The notes: a model not told the origin generated them from the letters alone. A stretch of 61,446 nt of DNA, filler included, from Sphacelaria rigidula (GCA_964200075.2; 6 parts of 6 records of this genome joined end to end with filler, not necessarily neighbours in it), one strand, 5' to 3'. Counted from the whole stretch's first letter, positions 23,901 to 37,837 are shown. Made by a program: numbers and translations.

Positions 23901-26900
23901 CCACGGTTCGAAGGGTGGGAGTGTGGTTCTGCGAGGAACTAGCTCGTGCTGTCACGAGGTTGGCAAGTGCTTACACTATCGCCGATGATAGAAATGACGG
24001 GTGCACGTTGCAGTGTGTGTTTGACTGGGCAGTATACTACGCAAGGCGTATATACAAATATTCTGGGCTCTGGTGTTAGTTTGTGTGTTGTCAACGCTGA
24101 TGCGGTAGAGTCAATTTGAAATTCAGCACTTATCGATGCATCTCTCTACGTTACTGGCTTTATCGATTTTCTCGATTTCAGTTTTTCTCTTTTTTTTTTT
24201 TATATTCATCATCCCCGCCCCTCTTTTTCGAATCCCCTCATCCTTGATGATTGTCCAATCCGACGCTACACCGTTACAGCCAATCTATCATGAGGCCACG
24301 GCTGAACCCCTGGGGGGTCAGCTAAAGTGCGACAATCAAATCATCAAATCGAAATCAATCGGCCAGACAACGAGAACACCAGGAGTGATAGGGAGACAAG
24401 GCAGCGAAGTGTCTGCAGGAAGGATGACCCGTTCACATTTGTCTTAATTGATTTCATTTATGATGTTGCGTTCGCTGCTCCCTTCGGTGCGCAGGTTCTC
24501 TGCCTCGCAGAGCAAATCAAGTTCTGCGATCACGTGGAGGCTGCTATTTCTCAGGTGAACAGACGCGCGGTACGTTCACAGCTTGGCGATACAACCGGCT
24601 ATTTCGATTTTCTCCATATCTTCAGGTCTCTCCCTGTTTCGGTGTTTGATGCCACCCGGTGAGAATTGCTTCCGTGTCGATTTGTCGTCCATATTTTGTA
24701 GTTGAAGGCGCCTTTGACGTGATTACCATAATTATTTCTCCTACGGCGAAGGTCGAAAAAACGCGTGACTGGTTGTGAGGACACGTTCATGTGCTAACAA
24801 TTCTACACCCTTTCCAATATCATCCACGCCAACCAAACGCAGCAACGCTTTGTCGGCGATCAACCCTTTTGGCACATTTCGGAATCTTTGCTACAGAAGG
24901 AATGACATGCATGCTCGTCATATCAAAACAGCGGTCAACCATGGCTGCGTGAGGGTGCTTAACACGTGTTCCAGCTGCGGGGGATGAATTCCGCTGACAG
25001 CGAAGGATGCGGAAGAGTGCTCCTGCGGGTAAACATACCCAGTTTTATTTTCGTAACGTCAAGCCAAAGACTTGAGCAAAGTGCACTCACTAACTCGAGA
25101 CGAAGGTCTTTTTTATTCAAGCCATACGTCCCGCATTCTGTTATCAGCCCATCTGCGAGTCACATGCCCTTGCACGGGCATTCGTGAGCTAGGATTAAGT
25201 GAATTCGGGACACTTTACAGGAACTGATCGACAAATTGCATCGTGGAACGAATACTTGGTTCCGGCGCAAGTAATCATATTTGGGTCTGTTGGGGGCCAG
25301 GTTCTCGCCAGCGTGCGCAGGACGAGTTTTCGTTCAAGTCGGCGTCGTAGTTGCACTGACGTGAGCTCTGTCAACGCGCACTTTGCCTTGTTTACTTTAT
25401 ACCCCCTCCCCTTTTCCTGGAGGCTGCGGTATGCATTCGATTAAGGTTGGCGTTAGGGTTAGGGTTAGGGTTAGGATGAGGGTTAACTTTGGAGTTTGAC
25501 AAGAAGGAGGTATGATGAACCATGCAAATGGTAGACCAATCCGCGTAAAGGTACACCACTAAGCCGCAGTCGGAGGGCCAAGTAATGCGCCTTCTCGCCT
25601 GGACGTATTGTGGTCAGGGCGAGGCAGGGGGGCTGATGGCGCCGCTGCGACAGTTGCTGGAGCAGTACACGCTGTATGACCTGTCCTCTCGGCCGCTGAT
25701 GCAGCTCAAGATTAAGGCTCTTGTGCTGGACCTCGTGCACAGCATGGACGTCGTCGACCAGCTGCAAAAGTACGTTGTTGCGCCCGACCATTCGACCACG
25801 ACTAGGTTACTAGGTGATCAGTGACGTGCGACACTCAATCAAAATAATCAATACTTGAAATAGTTGCATTGTCCTATGGAGAGAGCACCGGTGTTTTCAA
25901 AGCATCTCCGCACCGCTACTCCAGCATGGTCGACCTAGAGTTGTTTCATCAGATAACAATACGTTACCACTCTGTCCTGATCTACTCCTATCGACAGTCA
26001 AGGCTGCACCAGAGAAGAGAAAAATGCGCTGAACTAGCAAGGACTGCCGTCGGTGAGGGATGGAAATACATGTTTTGGACACCCTTTGGTAAAGTAGGAA
26101 AGCGTGACCACTGTTCGTTGGGAACCGCCCTTCGAGACAAAACGATTCGTTTCTTGAGCAGCCTGATAGATGGTGCAACCACCCACCGTTTGTTACAATG
26201 TTTCCTGTGATCAGTGGCGGGAATCGCAGACGAGTAACACTGGGTAGGCTAAAGTCGCAGCTCTCTCCGGTTACGCGAAGTCTCCATGTATTCTGCATCC
26301 AGAGTACCTGCTCCAGGCGGCTTGAATGTTTTTTCTGCAGAACACCAGGATATGATTGATTGGTTGATTGATGTACTGTTGTACTTTCACTGATTCGGTA
26401 TGCCTCAGGCTGTGGTCAGAAGGTCAGTCACATGAAAAAAATCACTCTGAATCACGCATACAGCCTGTATTTGGCAGCGCGGCACCATACACCGCTGCCG
26501 CGCCCCAGGTTTCTAATGGTCCACCCGACACCATGAGGATGGAAAGTACGCGGGTTCGACTCCCGTCAGGTGCGTTCGGGATTTTTTGTTAGAAGAGTCT
26601 GATTTCCGCTGTTGGAAACGTGAGGAGGTGAGTAGCAAAACGATTTTGACAGATTTTGTTTGACGTGAGTCGACGCGGTGCGGGAGTGCTAATGAGTCAT
26701 GATCCAATCCAGTAAGCCGAAAAGAGAGGCGCGTACAGGGAAAGAAATGGGTTAACCTCTTGAGATCATCGACTCGTCCCGAGAATGGAGGGGGTTTAAA
26801 AAGTGAAGAAAAAGAACACTTTACACCTGGGTGCCCATTATAGCTGACCCAGCCGTGTTGATCAATGCGCTTCACCAGCCAAAGTGTGATGACAACATCA

Positions 26901-29690
26901 TGCTTGCAATGCAACCTGGAGTCATTGTTTATTGTCATGAATAAGGCGGAAATGGTCGTAAACTCTGAGTACTCAAGCGGTGCTCACACCCCGCCCGTAA
27001 TCAGGATGTACCCCCCTGAACTAGAAACGCCCCTGTCTTTTTTATCCCCTACTGTCTAAAGCCTTCTCACGAATAGCGAGCCTGCTCGGAAATTGTTCAT
27101 TTGTGCCGCATGACCAACGTCATAGAAACCAAAGGGAACAAACGTCGTCGCACCTGCGGGCGTCTAGGAGGACTACGGCCGCTCAACTCCGGGGAATTGT
27201 GCATGAATAAAGAGATGCCGCTACGAAGACTTCACGTCCTGTCGCTATTGTTCTTGGGGAAAATTAATTGCCTTCCGTGTGCCGATGCTATTGCGTCACC
27301 CAGCTTCACGCGCGGTATGGAGAGCATGGAGTTCTGATGGATTTCTTATAGTACGATGCCTGAAAGATACTTTCGATGTATTTGATTCCCGATCCGTTCC
27401 CCGTCGACTCTGAAGACGTGGAGCCCAGACGTTAGAGGATTGGACGTGGCAAAAACAGCTGCGTTATTACATGAAGGGAGGAAGCGCGGCGATTTGCATG
27501 AGTAGTGCCCGATTCGGCTATTCGTACGAGTACCAGGGGAATGCCCCCAAGCTGGTGCACACGCCTCTGACGGACAAGTGTTATCTCACGCTTACGCAGG
27601 TATGTCGAGACTTATGGCCCGGTGTAGGGTATGGCGACATGAATCTACAGGCCCGATTTATGATGTAGATTTCCCACAGCGTATGCTCTCTGTATTGGTT
27701 CGTGTATAGTGCGGTGTGACCTGAGCAAGAACAAATATTTTTCTTTTCTTTGAGGAATGAATTATTATTATTTACGGTGTGCCTTTCGGCAGGGTTAACG
27801 TACTGTTGGACAAACGGGGAAGAACATGGCGGCCAATATTCAGGCAGTCGTGGCATCACCGAATGCGTGCTGAAGCTCCACCGCTGACAAGAGAGCACAC
27901 ACTGGTTGTCCGTCCGAAGTCGTTATCCCAACACCAAAGTGTCAGAATATTGTACCATAGTGGGGCTCGGTCGATGGGACTACTTCACACTACGGCAAGG
28001 AACGGCACGGATAAAGTTTCCTCAACATTCCAGAGGTTGAGCTGTTTGTCCAGGACTGCGTTCTGAGTACCTGCACTTTCTCCCGAATCGGGCACTTTCT
28101 CACCAAGTGCGTCTGGTTGTAAACATGGGAGATATAGTTGTTGCGTGAACTCTCTGAGTTTGTCTAACTATCCCCACACTTTCGCCGAGGTCTCTTCCGG
28201 CATAGACCATAGTAGTCGTCCAGCTAGAACGGTTTTGCAGGTACTTCTAAATACCCCGCCATATCTGAAAAACACGGATAAAAAATCATACAAAGCAATA
28301 CCTTACTTTTCATCAGCTACAGTGCTCTGCAGCTGCTGACGTTGCTTGTGAATGGACGTGAAGATTCATAATCCAGTTAACGTTTTTGAAATACCGCCAT
28401 GGTCTCTCTAGTCGTATATTGTGTCCCATACGCTCACCGCCTTGACTCACCAAACATTTCATGTGTAGGCTGAATAATGTACAGCCTGTCAGATCATATG
28501 TAATACTCGAGATGATAAATTTCTCGTTGACGCTGGATATCCTTCGATATTTCACACCAGGGTATGCATATGGGCTTCGGGGGGAATCCTTACGGACCGG
28601 CGGGTACGGGCAAGACTGAGTCGGTCAAGGCTTTGGGTCAAGCCTTCGGTCGCCAGGTACCGACCGCCTAGTACAAGACCGCGCTCGACTGCAAAAAAAT
28701 CGGGGGGTTGTCTCTTCATAGAGTATCGACGTGGATAATCACGTGACAACCGTTCGCATCGGCCATAGTAAGCGATTGTGCACTATCTCGCCATGAAGAG
28801 CTCAAGAAATGAATTATCTACAAATTAACTCGCAGTCAGCGGTTCGAGGAATTAATGATTACGAAAATAATTACAAAATGTATGATGAAATTAACGGGCC
28901 TACACAAGAGTGAATGCGATGGGTTTCGGCGTGGTAATGACTGATTGCAGTGTCGTATGAGCAGGCTAGTTGCATGGCTACTGACAGAACGCGGGAATCA
29001 TATGCAACCGACGAGCTCAAGTCCACTACCCTACTAGTATTTCATGTCTCGTGACGTCTACTGTGGGATTTCAATGTCGGAGCTAACGCTAGGGTTCACC
29101 ATGAACAGGATCGACATATATGCGAAGCAATAGTCGTTACGGTCGCTCTCCTCAGGAGTTACCCACATGTCGGCGGTGAGAACTGTTGAAGAACCTGAGA
29201 AACGCTGCTGGTTCCATAGGCTTATCTCGTCATTATATCTGAGGTTTGGTACAAGTACACGCAGGTAAAAAATCGAACTCTTCCGGACGAATACGCGACA
29301 GTAGAACCACCGGTTCAGTGGTAAAGTTGGCAGACATCCATTGCAGGAAATTAGCTCTGAATCTTCGACGCTCGAGTTATGCAGGGATCTTTTTTAACAC
29401 GCCCAGTAAGGTCGATGGGCCCTTGAAGACGATAATAACCCGTAACGGTGACCTGGACATGGTAGAAAAAGCCGTGTGTGCCGTGAAGTACCAGGATGAA
29501 GCCCGGAGTTTGTTGGCGAGTCGTGAAACTCGCGTGCACGAGGTGGCGTGAACAAATGCCACAGTAACTGCCGCTGTCCAACTGCGTTGCCATGATGTGT
29601 AAACTATGGACGCTACAGGTTCTCGTGTTCAATTGCGACGAAGGAATCGACTTCCAGAGCATGGGGAGAATCTTCATCGGTCTAGTCAAG
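20946..29690 (+). CDS. DYNC2H1: Cytoplasmic dynein-2 heavy chain, internal exons 20946-21040, 22340-22439, 22869-22988, 23506-23649, 24495-24554, 25618-25769, 27416-27599, 28561-28656, 29619-29690 (linker to AAA1)
   Basis: Spliced [55 protein letters not shown]...[53 protein letters not shown]...[39 protein letters not shown] and NCDEGID are dynein-2 type; all introns GT-AG and phase-consistent. Confidence 0.95.
21572..21992. mobile_element. Foldback (almost fully palindromic) MITE in a dynein intron; relative at ~52751-53208
   Basis: cacgggattt...aaatcccgtg ends, with long mirror arms (e.g. ggatttcgataaccgaaatgctggggtccta / taggaccccagcatttcggttatcgaaatcc). Confidence 0.85.
25453..25475 (+). 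repeat. Short interstitial (TTAGGG)n tract
   Basis: ttagggttagggttagggttagg in a dynein intron. Confidence 0.8.
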
Positions 29691-30085
29691 GTGTGATCAG
29701 CGCGTCGAGCCATGGAAGCAGTAGCCAAGCAGCTACACAACTAGGCGGCTCTATACATTTGTCCGGGTATATGTACATTCGTTTCCCCCCCCCAAAAATA
29801 TTCCATATTGATGTATGTAGTTATTGCGGGACACATGGAATTTGTAAGTCGTGGTGGACCTTTTCTATCAATAGGGTTCCGAATACTCTCCGACGGATAC
29901 AACACTTCGGAGATGAAGGCGATTGACGTAGCACGACTGACCCGAAAGCACGCCGCAACTTTCGGAAGCGTTTTTGTAATGGCTGGTCCGTTGGCCTCTG
30001 GAGGTCTCAATTCACCAGGTTTGCCGACAATCCCTTGATCAGCTTCAACTGCGCACTGGGGAGCAAGTGCAACACATACCCCCGA

Positions 30086-30495
30086 CCCTCCATTTGGGAT
30101 ATCATATCCATCTGGGATGTCCAAATGGGATGTTATATCCATCCGGGACATGCATCTAGGACACCGATGTCCATTTAGGATATGCATCTGTGATATGGAG
30201 CATGTGTGATTCCAGAGTTACCTGTAATATTATATCTACCTAGGATATCCGTCTGGGATATCAATGCCTACCATCAACATCTGTCTATGATGTCCATGGA
30301 TGTCCAATCGAGGTATCAATCCGGCCTGCCAACCCGGAATGTCGACCTGGAATGCCCTCTTGAGAGATCCACCTAGGATGTTCATATTCCACTTGGATGT
30401 CCATATCGTGGATCCCATATGCCAGAAGAATATCACCCAGGGATCTGATATTCCAGATGTGTATCCCAGGTGGATATCTATATTTCCGGATGGTG
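30086..30495. repeat. ATCTGGGATATCC-type repeat element, copy 2
   Basis: Starts cctccatttgggatatcatatccatctgggatgt, nearly the reverse complement of the end of 45290-46015 (acatcccagatggatatcccagatggagg). Confidence 0.65.
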
Positions 30496-30934
30496 AAACA
30501 TCGAAGCCATGTGGCAGAGACCGGCCGCTTCTTTCTTTTTTCTCGCCTTCTTTATGTTTATTTATATGTACTACCGGGGAGAGATGGGTTGATCCCTTGA
30601 GACCACAGACTCGTCCCGAGGAGGAGGGGGGGGGGGGGGGGGGGGACTCTTGTTCATGCCGCCCAAAGGCGGAANNNNNNNNNNNNNNNNNNNNNNNNNN
30701 NNNNNNNNNNNNNNNNNNTTAATTAATTAANNNNNNNNNNNNNNNNNNNNNNNNNNNNNNNNNNNNNNNNNNNNTGACCACGCATCCCTTTCGAGACGGA
30801 GCACCGTTCCTACTCCTAATAAAGACACCTCCAACATTCTGGCGTTCATCACGTAAGCACTTTGGGGGGGGGCTACAGTAGAAAGGATCAAACCTGTCCC
30901 ATAACTCATGTTCCAACTCAATTCACATTCATGT

Positions 30935-33900
30935 CTACAACAGATTTGAATTCAGCCGCTTGAAGAGCTTGTTGTCACCGAACACCGTCTGTGCAGCATC
31001 GCCTCTCAGACCTCGCTCCGTCGATCGTGCGAGATCCCCCGCCGCCGCACCCGCGGGTAAATATATATGTCGAGCTTCAAGATTGGCCCGCCATCGCTTC
31101 ACGTCTCTGGAGAAACATCGTTTTCCCGAGCAGTAGCTTACTGCCCGTGTCAATCGACAACGACGGAGTTGCGTGGCTTGCCCCCGATCCCTTCCCGCCC
31201 CACTCGTTTCACAGTGGGTGCAGCGATGAAGAGGCACGGGGTGGGGGCTTGCACCGGTCGTAAGTGCCGCCGCGTTGTTGTGCAACGACTTCCCCTTCCG
31301 AACAAATACCATGAGCTGATTAGCGGTCGAAGGAAAACACGGAAGATCCACCGCCTCAACAAGGTCCCATCCTGCCTCCAGCATCGCCTCCAACTGGGGA
31401 CTCCCCGTGTCTCCGCGAACTTCCCCCACGTACAGCAGGACATTCCCCAAAAACCTCGACAGCGCGTTGGCGCCCATGCACGCTGCAACCGCGCAGGCAC
31501 CGTTCCCGCCCCCAATCGAGGGAGGGGGGTAACACCACAGAAGCACCGGAAATGCCTTGGCGTTCAAGGATTGAAGTAGTTCCGGACCACCGGTATCCAC
31601 GACAGCCCAAGCGGGGGCGCCGCCATGATATTCGTTGACTGGGCACACCATCGACGGCGCTGTGTGCGACGACCCCGCCGAGTCTCCGCCGCGAGCTTGT
31701 CCTTTCTTCCCTCGCCGGCGTCTGCTCCCTACTCCCGTTCCTTGTCCTCCCACCCGGCTGCGCTCAGACTTGCTGCCCATCTCACGTGTCTCTCCCGACA
31801 CGACCAGATTTTCTCTGCTAGGAACAGTGGGTACCTGCGCCGGATCTTTGTCGACAGCTAGTACCGTTAACCCAACGGTTTCAGCAATACCCCCATTGTT
31901 GGAATTGAGGACATGGACGCCGCCCGCTCCACCTTTTCCCGCGCTCTCGGTTCCCATCCTCCCACGCCAATTTTCCGCGCCGCGACCTTCCAGCACCCAT
32001 TTCCAATACCCCAGCCCAGCGCCGACCTCCACAATCCCGCTGGCCGTAGCTCCGCATGCTCTGAGGGCTCGTCTACACGCATCCACAGCTCGTCGATTCG
32101 GCACGGCGAAGGCGAGGAGCCTAGCAGACCAGTCTCTCATAGCGTCACATCGTGCACGGATGGGCGCGGGTAAGGCGGGATCGGAGCCGCGCATCGTACC
32201 TTCTGCTTGCCCGAACCGGGCGGGGAAGTGGGACACCCAAGACTTGGCGTCCGCGGCTATCGCGGTCTCGAGCCATGCTGATTGGGTCACCGTGAGCAGC
32301 GGGTTTGACAGCACTGGGAATTCGATCTCAGCGCCGATGCTTGCTGTTTCAAGTCGGGACAAACCTGAGTGGAAACAAAGGGAAACAATACATAATGTGA
32401 TAAAAACAGAGTAATAGGTGTGAAATAGCCGCATTCCATGAAAAACCCCGGGAATATTCTCGTGTGACACCCGGAAGACGAACATATTTTCAATTAGTAC
32501 CGGTGTTCGGCTCCATGTACCTTTTCTTAGCCCATGTGTTTTTCATGTAATTACCACGGCTGCGTGTACAAACATGGGCACGTGATGTATTGGAAGGCCG
32601 CATGCGTATATGCATCGGTTGCCTTGTATCTCTGCCCGCGCTGCGCAAGAGCTCGTGTGGTCCTGACCCACCTGAACCCAAGTGCTGCCCTACACCCACA
32701 GGAAGGTCGAACACGTCCTCCAGCATGACCCGCAGGGCGGGATTCTCCAACCCCGGGAACGAGCACAAATCGACGATAGAGGGTAAATGTGAAGCTAAAC
32801 ACACAAAGTAAACTTCGGGAGGAGGCACTACATGGAAGGGTGAGTCCGCCGTGACGCCCCCGGCATTGAATCGCGAGGCTGCTGTGTACCGTACATGCCA
32901 GTAGGCGAGATCCAATTCAGACGTGATGCTTGTACCGAGGACCTGAAATGGGCGAGAACAGCAGTTGCGCAGCAAAAATCAGGTGGAACAAGCGCAGGAA
33001 TCGTTTTTGGAGAGGTGCATGTGACATATTTGAAATGTATATACCGTGACGCAGTCGGTGCCACAGCAAGAAGAGCACGGTGGCCGTGACATCAATGGCA
33101 GTGTAGGTAATAACAAGCAGGACGTCGCCAGGGATCTGCACGAACGAAGCGATAATCAAATGCTCGTGCTCGGCGAAAATCAAACGCTGCCAGGAGGGCA
33201 ACTGCCTGGCTACTGTACTATGCCACACGTGCAAGCGCAGCAGAACAAAGCACCCCATCTCACGGTGGCATGCGCACAAGCATGTTGAAAACGACAACAC
33301 AAGGGAGGGAACACACATATCATGTTTTTAGCTAGTCGTTCATGACCACCTTCACCTGATATATGGTACTGAGCGGCAACGAGCTAGGCATGCCACTAGC
33401 TGCATTACCGGACATCAGTCGTTCGGCGTTGCTTAGACAACGCTCGACCACCGGAGGGTCGTGCAACGCTTGGTCCAATTTCGCGATGGCTTCTCTGGCT
33501 TGCTGCAGATATCCACGGGCAAGTCTAGATGTTTTCAAGAGCAGAAGAAAGTGGAGCGACAACGTAGTATCAGCACGTAAGACAATCACGCTACCATCGG
33601 TGTGGCGCTCATACTTACAGAGGCCCTTCGGAAACGAAACTAGGCTGGTGTCTACGATAACGAAGGGGGCGAGGGGAGCAGCTTGCTAACGTGGAGGACA
33701 ACGACCAAAAATATCTTGTGCACGTATACGTGAGGGGAACTGTTGGTAGACTTTCAATACGTGCTGTATCATTTGCCATGCTGAAAACGGTTCCTTTAGG
33801 GGCTGATGTATTCACATAATAACCTCAACCGACACTGACAGTACAGCAGAGATGCACACCACACCACGGTACAGTGTTTCAACATGCGCGGTAGAACAGA

Positions 33901-35112
33901 GGCTTACATCCATCCAGACTGCAGCATGCCGTGGTCCCTGGTACATCATCACATGACATGCTTACATCGCTTGGCTCACCTTGAAAGAAACCATCCCGTG
34001 CCCCAGCCGCAGATACCTTCGGAATCCTGAAACAAACCGCATGCTCCTACAGCTCTCGCATTTCGAATAGCCGCGAAGAGTCGCCGCAAATCGCCGGCTC
34101 CGCCGCCCATCAATCGCCCCCCGTTAGCCTTCGCCCCGTTTTGCCCACTACTAACATAATCATGAAAAGTCGGAGAATCACCAGCACCGTCCTTATGGAC
34201 ATCCACCAGCTCGTGGGCAGAACTCGAGTGACCGCAACCACAAAGACCTCCTGCTGCTGGCTCACCGTAATCATTCATGAACCTGTTGCAGTTGCATGTT
34301 GTGCTCCAGCAGGAGGCTAGCCGCCAGCCGGCCCGAGGCACCAGCTGCGCGAGAACCTCGCTCGGCGTCATCATGCCTTCGCCTCTCTTCTTCTCGGGTG
34401 ATTTGGGTAGTACGCAAGCAACATTTCCGGCGCTGTTTCTGCGAAGGTTCGGTGCTTCTGCGCGAGGTTTTTGTGCTCGCTGCGGCTCTTTATGTGCCAT
34501 CCCCTTCGCTGCTGCCGCCGACTCGTTCCCGCGGAGTTCATGCTGTCGGTGACTTCTTGCGATAGTTGATGGGGGTATGGATCTTGGCGACGACACCTCG
34601 GTATGCATTTCTTTCTTTGAGAAGACTAGGGCTTCTTGCATCGGGATCGATGGAGGCTGTGGTGCACATGGCGATATATTGGCGCTGTCACGGCCGTTGG
34701 TCTTGATCAGTGTTGGCTCTGGAGTAACTCCGCATGTGGCAGACGAAGTTGCCAAAACGTTCTCCCGAGGCACAGGTGGTGCCCGTGGCACATCGTTGCT
34801 CGCCGTTGTTTGTCTGCCCTCTTTTCCCTCGCGCTTCTTCTTCTTGCGTTTGTTCTTCCAGGTAACAGATGCAGCTTCATCGACAGCTGTATCGACAGCT
34901 ACTACTGTTGTTTCTGCTCGTAAACAGTTGGCGTGGGCGCGCGCTTGCCCTCCATTGCCGGTGCCGATACTCCTGCAGCCATCGCCCGCGCCAAGGGCGG
35001 TTCTCGGCGACTTGCTTTTGTTAGCATGTTGCTGCTGGAGAGCTTTTACACCGCCGCGTGCAGATGGCAACAGCGGCGACGGCAAAGACCCCGCCTTACG
35101 CTTTCGTCCCAT
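30935..35112 (-). CDS. Uncharacterised class-I SAM-dependent methyltransferase-like protein with N-terminal CxC..CxCGHxxxxH motif and C-terminal degenerate MYND-like finger; exons 35112-33980, 33714-33619, 33524-33356, 32942-32672, 32364-30935
   Basis: Motif I GIVEVGAGLGYW, LLWCYPPP, LYVGEVRGDTGS, VDLPCFPSTANQLMVF; CTHC...LRRCRLTRAVSYCSGKRC; five exons join in frame through GT-AG sites. Confidence 0.75.
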
Positions 35113-36457
35113 ACGAACGAATGCACAGCAGTACAAGTGCTGAGATTGCAGACGACAAGGAAACTCACTGCCTCACCATAGGGCGAATCTAGCTTTCACA
35201 ATCGAAAACGACCAAGTAAATGCGTAGCATCCACCAGAAGGAAATGTGCGCAATCCGCTGCAGGCAGTCCCGTAATCGCCTGCTCTGTCTGTGCCACATT
35301 GCTGTAGTACAGTAGTACAGTCTGTACTCTACCGGACGATACTCTCAAACCGCCGAACTTGGCGATTGCGGCAGATCCTGAAGGTGCAAGGTATCGAAGC
35401 GATCGCCGTCCAGAGGTGAGAGATTCGCGCACATACTTGTTGTCGCATGGTTATGCGCTATTCCCAACTTGCTTATTTAAGAATACAGCCTTATCCTTGT
35501 TACAGCAAAAGAGTGTACTACAAGTACGGTATAGTGATGAAGTTCGAACTTCATGTGTAACGTGCGCCTGTCATTCTGTATCTGCAATTGGGATGGCACA
35601 ACTGCACATGATCTCCACCGTCTGTGCTGTGCTGTAGTTGTTGCCCTGCATCCTGTCCGTGTCCTTCCTTCGTATAGCGCACCACTCACTTGTAGACCGT
35701 GGTCCCAAGATCGCTACAAAAACATTCAGCTGAAGGTGACGTAGAATGAGGTGATGTCCTCAACGAATTCCGTTTACCACTTTGCAAAACGCTTCTTTGA
35801 TTGCACGAGTACATGATGTTATTTGACCTAGTCTATGTCACCTCGCAACTTGGGTCAACGGTTGAGAAGGACGGGGGGTGTTCAAGACGGATGAATACGC
35901 ACGGAGCGATTCACCGAAGCGTACGAGCAGAGTACATCACACTGAACAGTACTATGCAAGTCCTGCGTTGCGTTTGCCGCAAGATATTTGGGTGCCGACC
36001 TACCCAAACCGACCTACAACAACAACCGTACAAAATACAGTAATAGCTATCGGATTTCAAATTTGAGAAGCATTCCAAAGAATTGTGTCCACAATACTGT
36101 CTGTGATGGCGAGGGTAGTCCATCTGCATCATACATATCTTGATCAAGGGGAAATGATGCCGATTCAACAGATGAGCTACTCTCAACGTGAACCCTTTGG
36201 CAGCGAATGCCGCCTCGGAACAATTTCACCGGCTGACAGTCCAGGGACATTCCAGAATCTCCGGAGGGCGGGGGGGTTCTGGAGGCGAGCTTCAACTTTG
36301 ATGGAAAATTCATGGTTGATTTTTTCGAACTTACCACAATAGTAGTAACCCCAACACTATAAATAGCCGTTACCCTAACTAACCCCGACCCAACGCGCAC
36401 GAGAACCCTCGGGCGAGGGGGTGCAAAGATTGCCCTCGGCAAAGTTTACGTTGCCAG

Positions 36458-37837
36458 CGGGAACAAAATTTATGTACTCGGGTGCACCATCGAAATTCAT
36501 GTGCACGCTGGGATAACGGCAATAATACGTGCGGCTAGTCAGTGCCGCATGACCACGGCCCCGAACGTGGTGCAACTTGGATCACACTTCCAATCCGAGC
36601 CAACACAACCAACGCAGAGTTCAGTAGTACAACAGTAACATAATGTTACACACTCTCTCTCTCTCATTTCTCACCACTCGTCGCGTGGTCGAGTCTGCGT
36701 GACTTCCCACTGCCAGCTCGAAAACGAAAAATGCTCTCTGTTCATCATCATTTCAAAGCTCAAAATTCTATCATCGCTTACTTCCACCCTCCATCCATGT
36801 ATGATGCACACCGACAAATTATGAAGGGCAAAAGAGCTATCTTCGTGTACCCAAAGAAGCACAGAAAACCCAAGGTAGAGAGCGTGGCGTGTACCGGAAC
36901 AGACATGATGATGACGATGTCATGTTATAGTGTTCGTTACCTGTGTTGAGTCTATCGCTCTCACCATGTGCGCCGTGCCATCTCTCAACAAAGTGAGTGA
37001 TAACCTACAGACAGGGCGGTACACATGACAATGTACACATTGTACACGGAAGCCCAAATAAAACAACAGTACAACAGTGCGGTCGTCTTATTCTTTGTCC
37101 TCCCGCTGTTTCCCTCCCCTCGTCCATCAGGATGACTGAAGGATCAGATTCCACCAAAGCCCCGGGAAACGTGACCCCTTTCTGCCGCCAGCTGTGAAGT
37201 TTAACCCTTTGACCGCTAGGGTGGACATTTTTGCGGTGAAAGTTGTGCCGAAGAAACAGAGGACACACCCTCGGTGTGACACGTTCTCCACGTTCTTTCA
37301 GACAGCGAACGGATGCTGTCGAGATGGCACGGCGCACATGGCGTCACCGTTAGGCTTGGCGCAACCATCAAACCGTAGAACATAATGTAGTCGCCATCAT
37401 GTCTGTTCCGGTACACGACACGCTCTCTACCTTGGGTTTTCCGTGCTTCTTTGGGTACACGATGACAGCTCTTTTGCCCTTCATAATTCGTCGGTGTGCA
37501 TCATACATGGATGAAGGGTGGAAGTGAGCGAGGATAGAATTTTGAGCTTCGAAATGATGAACACAGAACATTTTTTGTTTTCGAGCTGGCAGTGAGAAGT
37601 CACGCAGACTCGACCACGCGGCGAGTGGTGAGAAATGAGAGAGAGTGCAACATCATGTTACTGTTGTACTACTGTACTCCGCGTTGGTTGTGCTGGCTCG
37701 GATTGAAAGTGTGACCAAAGTTGCACCAAGTTCGGGGCCGTGGTCATGCGGCACTGACTAGCCGCACGTGTCTTTGCCATTATGCCAGGATGCACATGAA
37801 GTTCGATGGTGGACCCGGGTGCAGATATTTTTTTCCG
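36458..37837. mobile_element. Non-autonomous Mutator-like element (MULE) with ~520-bp TIRs and 9-bp TSD
   Basis: Arms ~36458-36985 and ~37321-37837 are reverse complements; flanks cgttgccag (36449-36457) / cgttaccag (37838-37846). Confidence 0.85.

Noticed and set aside
26530-26580. B-box GGTTCGACTCCC suggesting a tRNA (also ggttcgaacc at ~40204)
   Set aside because: No D-arm/anticodon arm cloverleaf; at most a SINE remnant
33044-33135. Possible extra exon IPGDVLLVITY... in the methyltransferase gene
   Set aside because: Its best donor is phase-incompatible with the next exon and creates a stop; the gene joins in frame without it
36731-37571. Pair of near-identical short ORFs on opposite strands (also 21603-21894, 46868-47358)
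   Set aside because: By-products of transposon inverted repeats, with no coding signature
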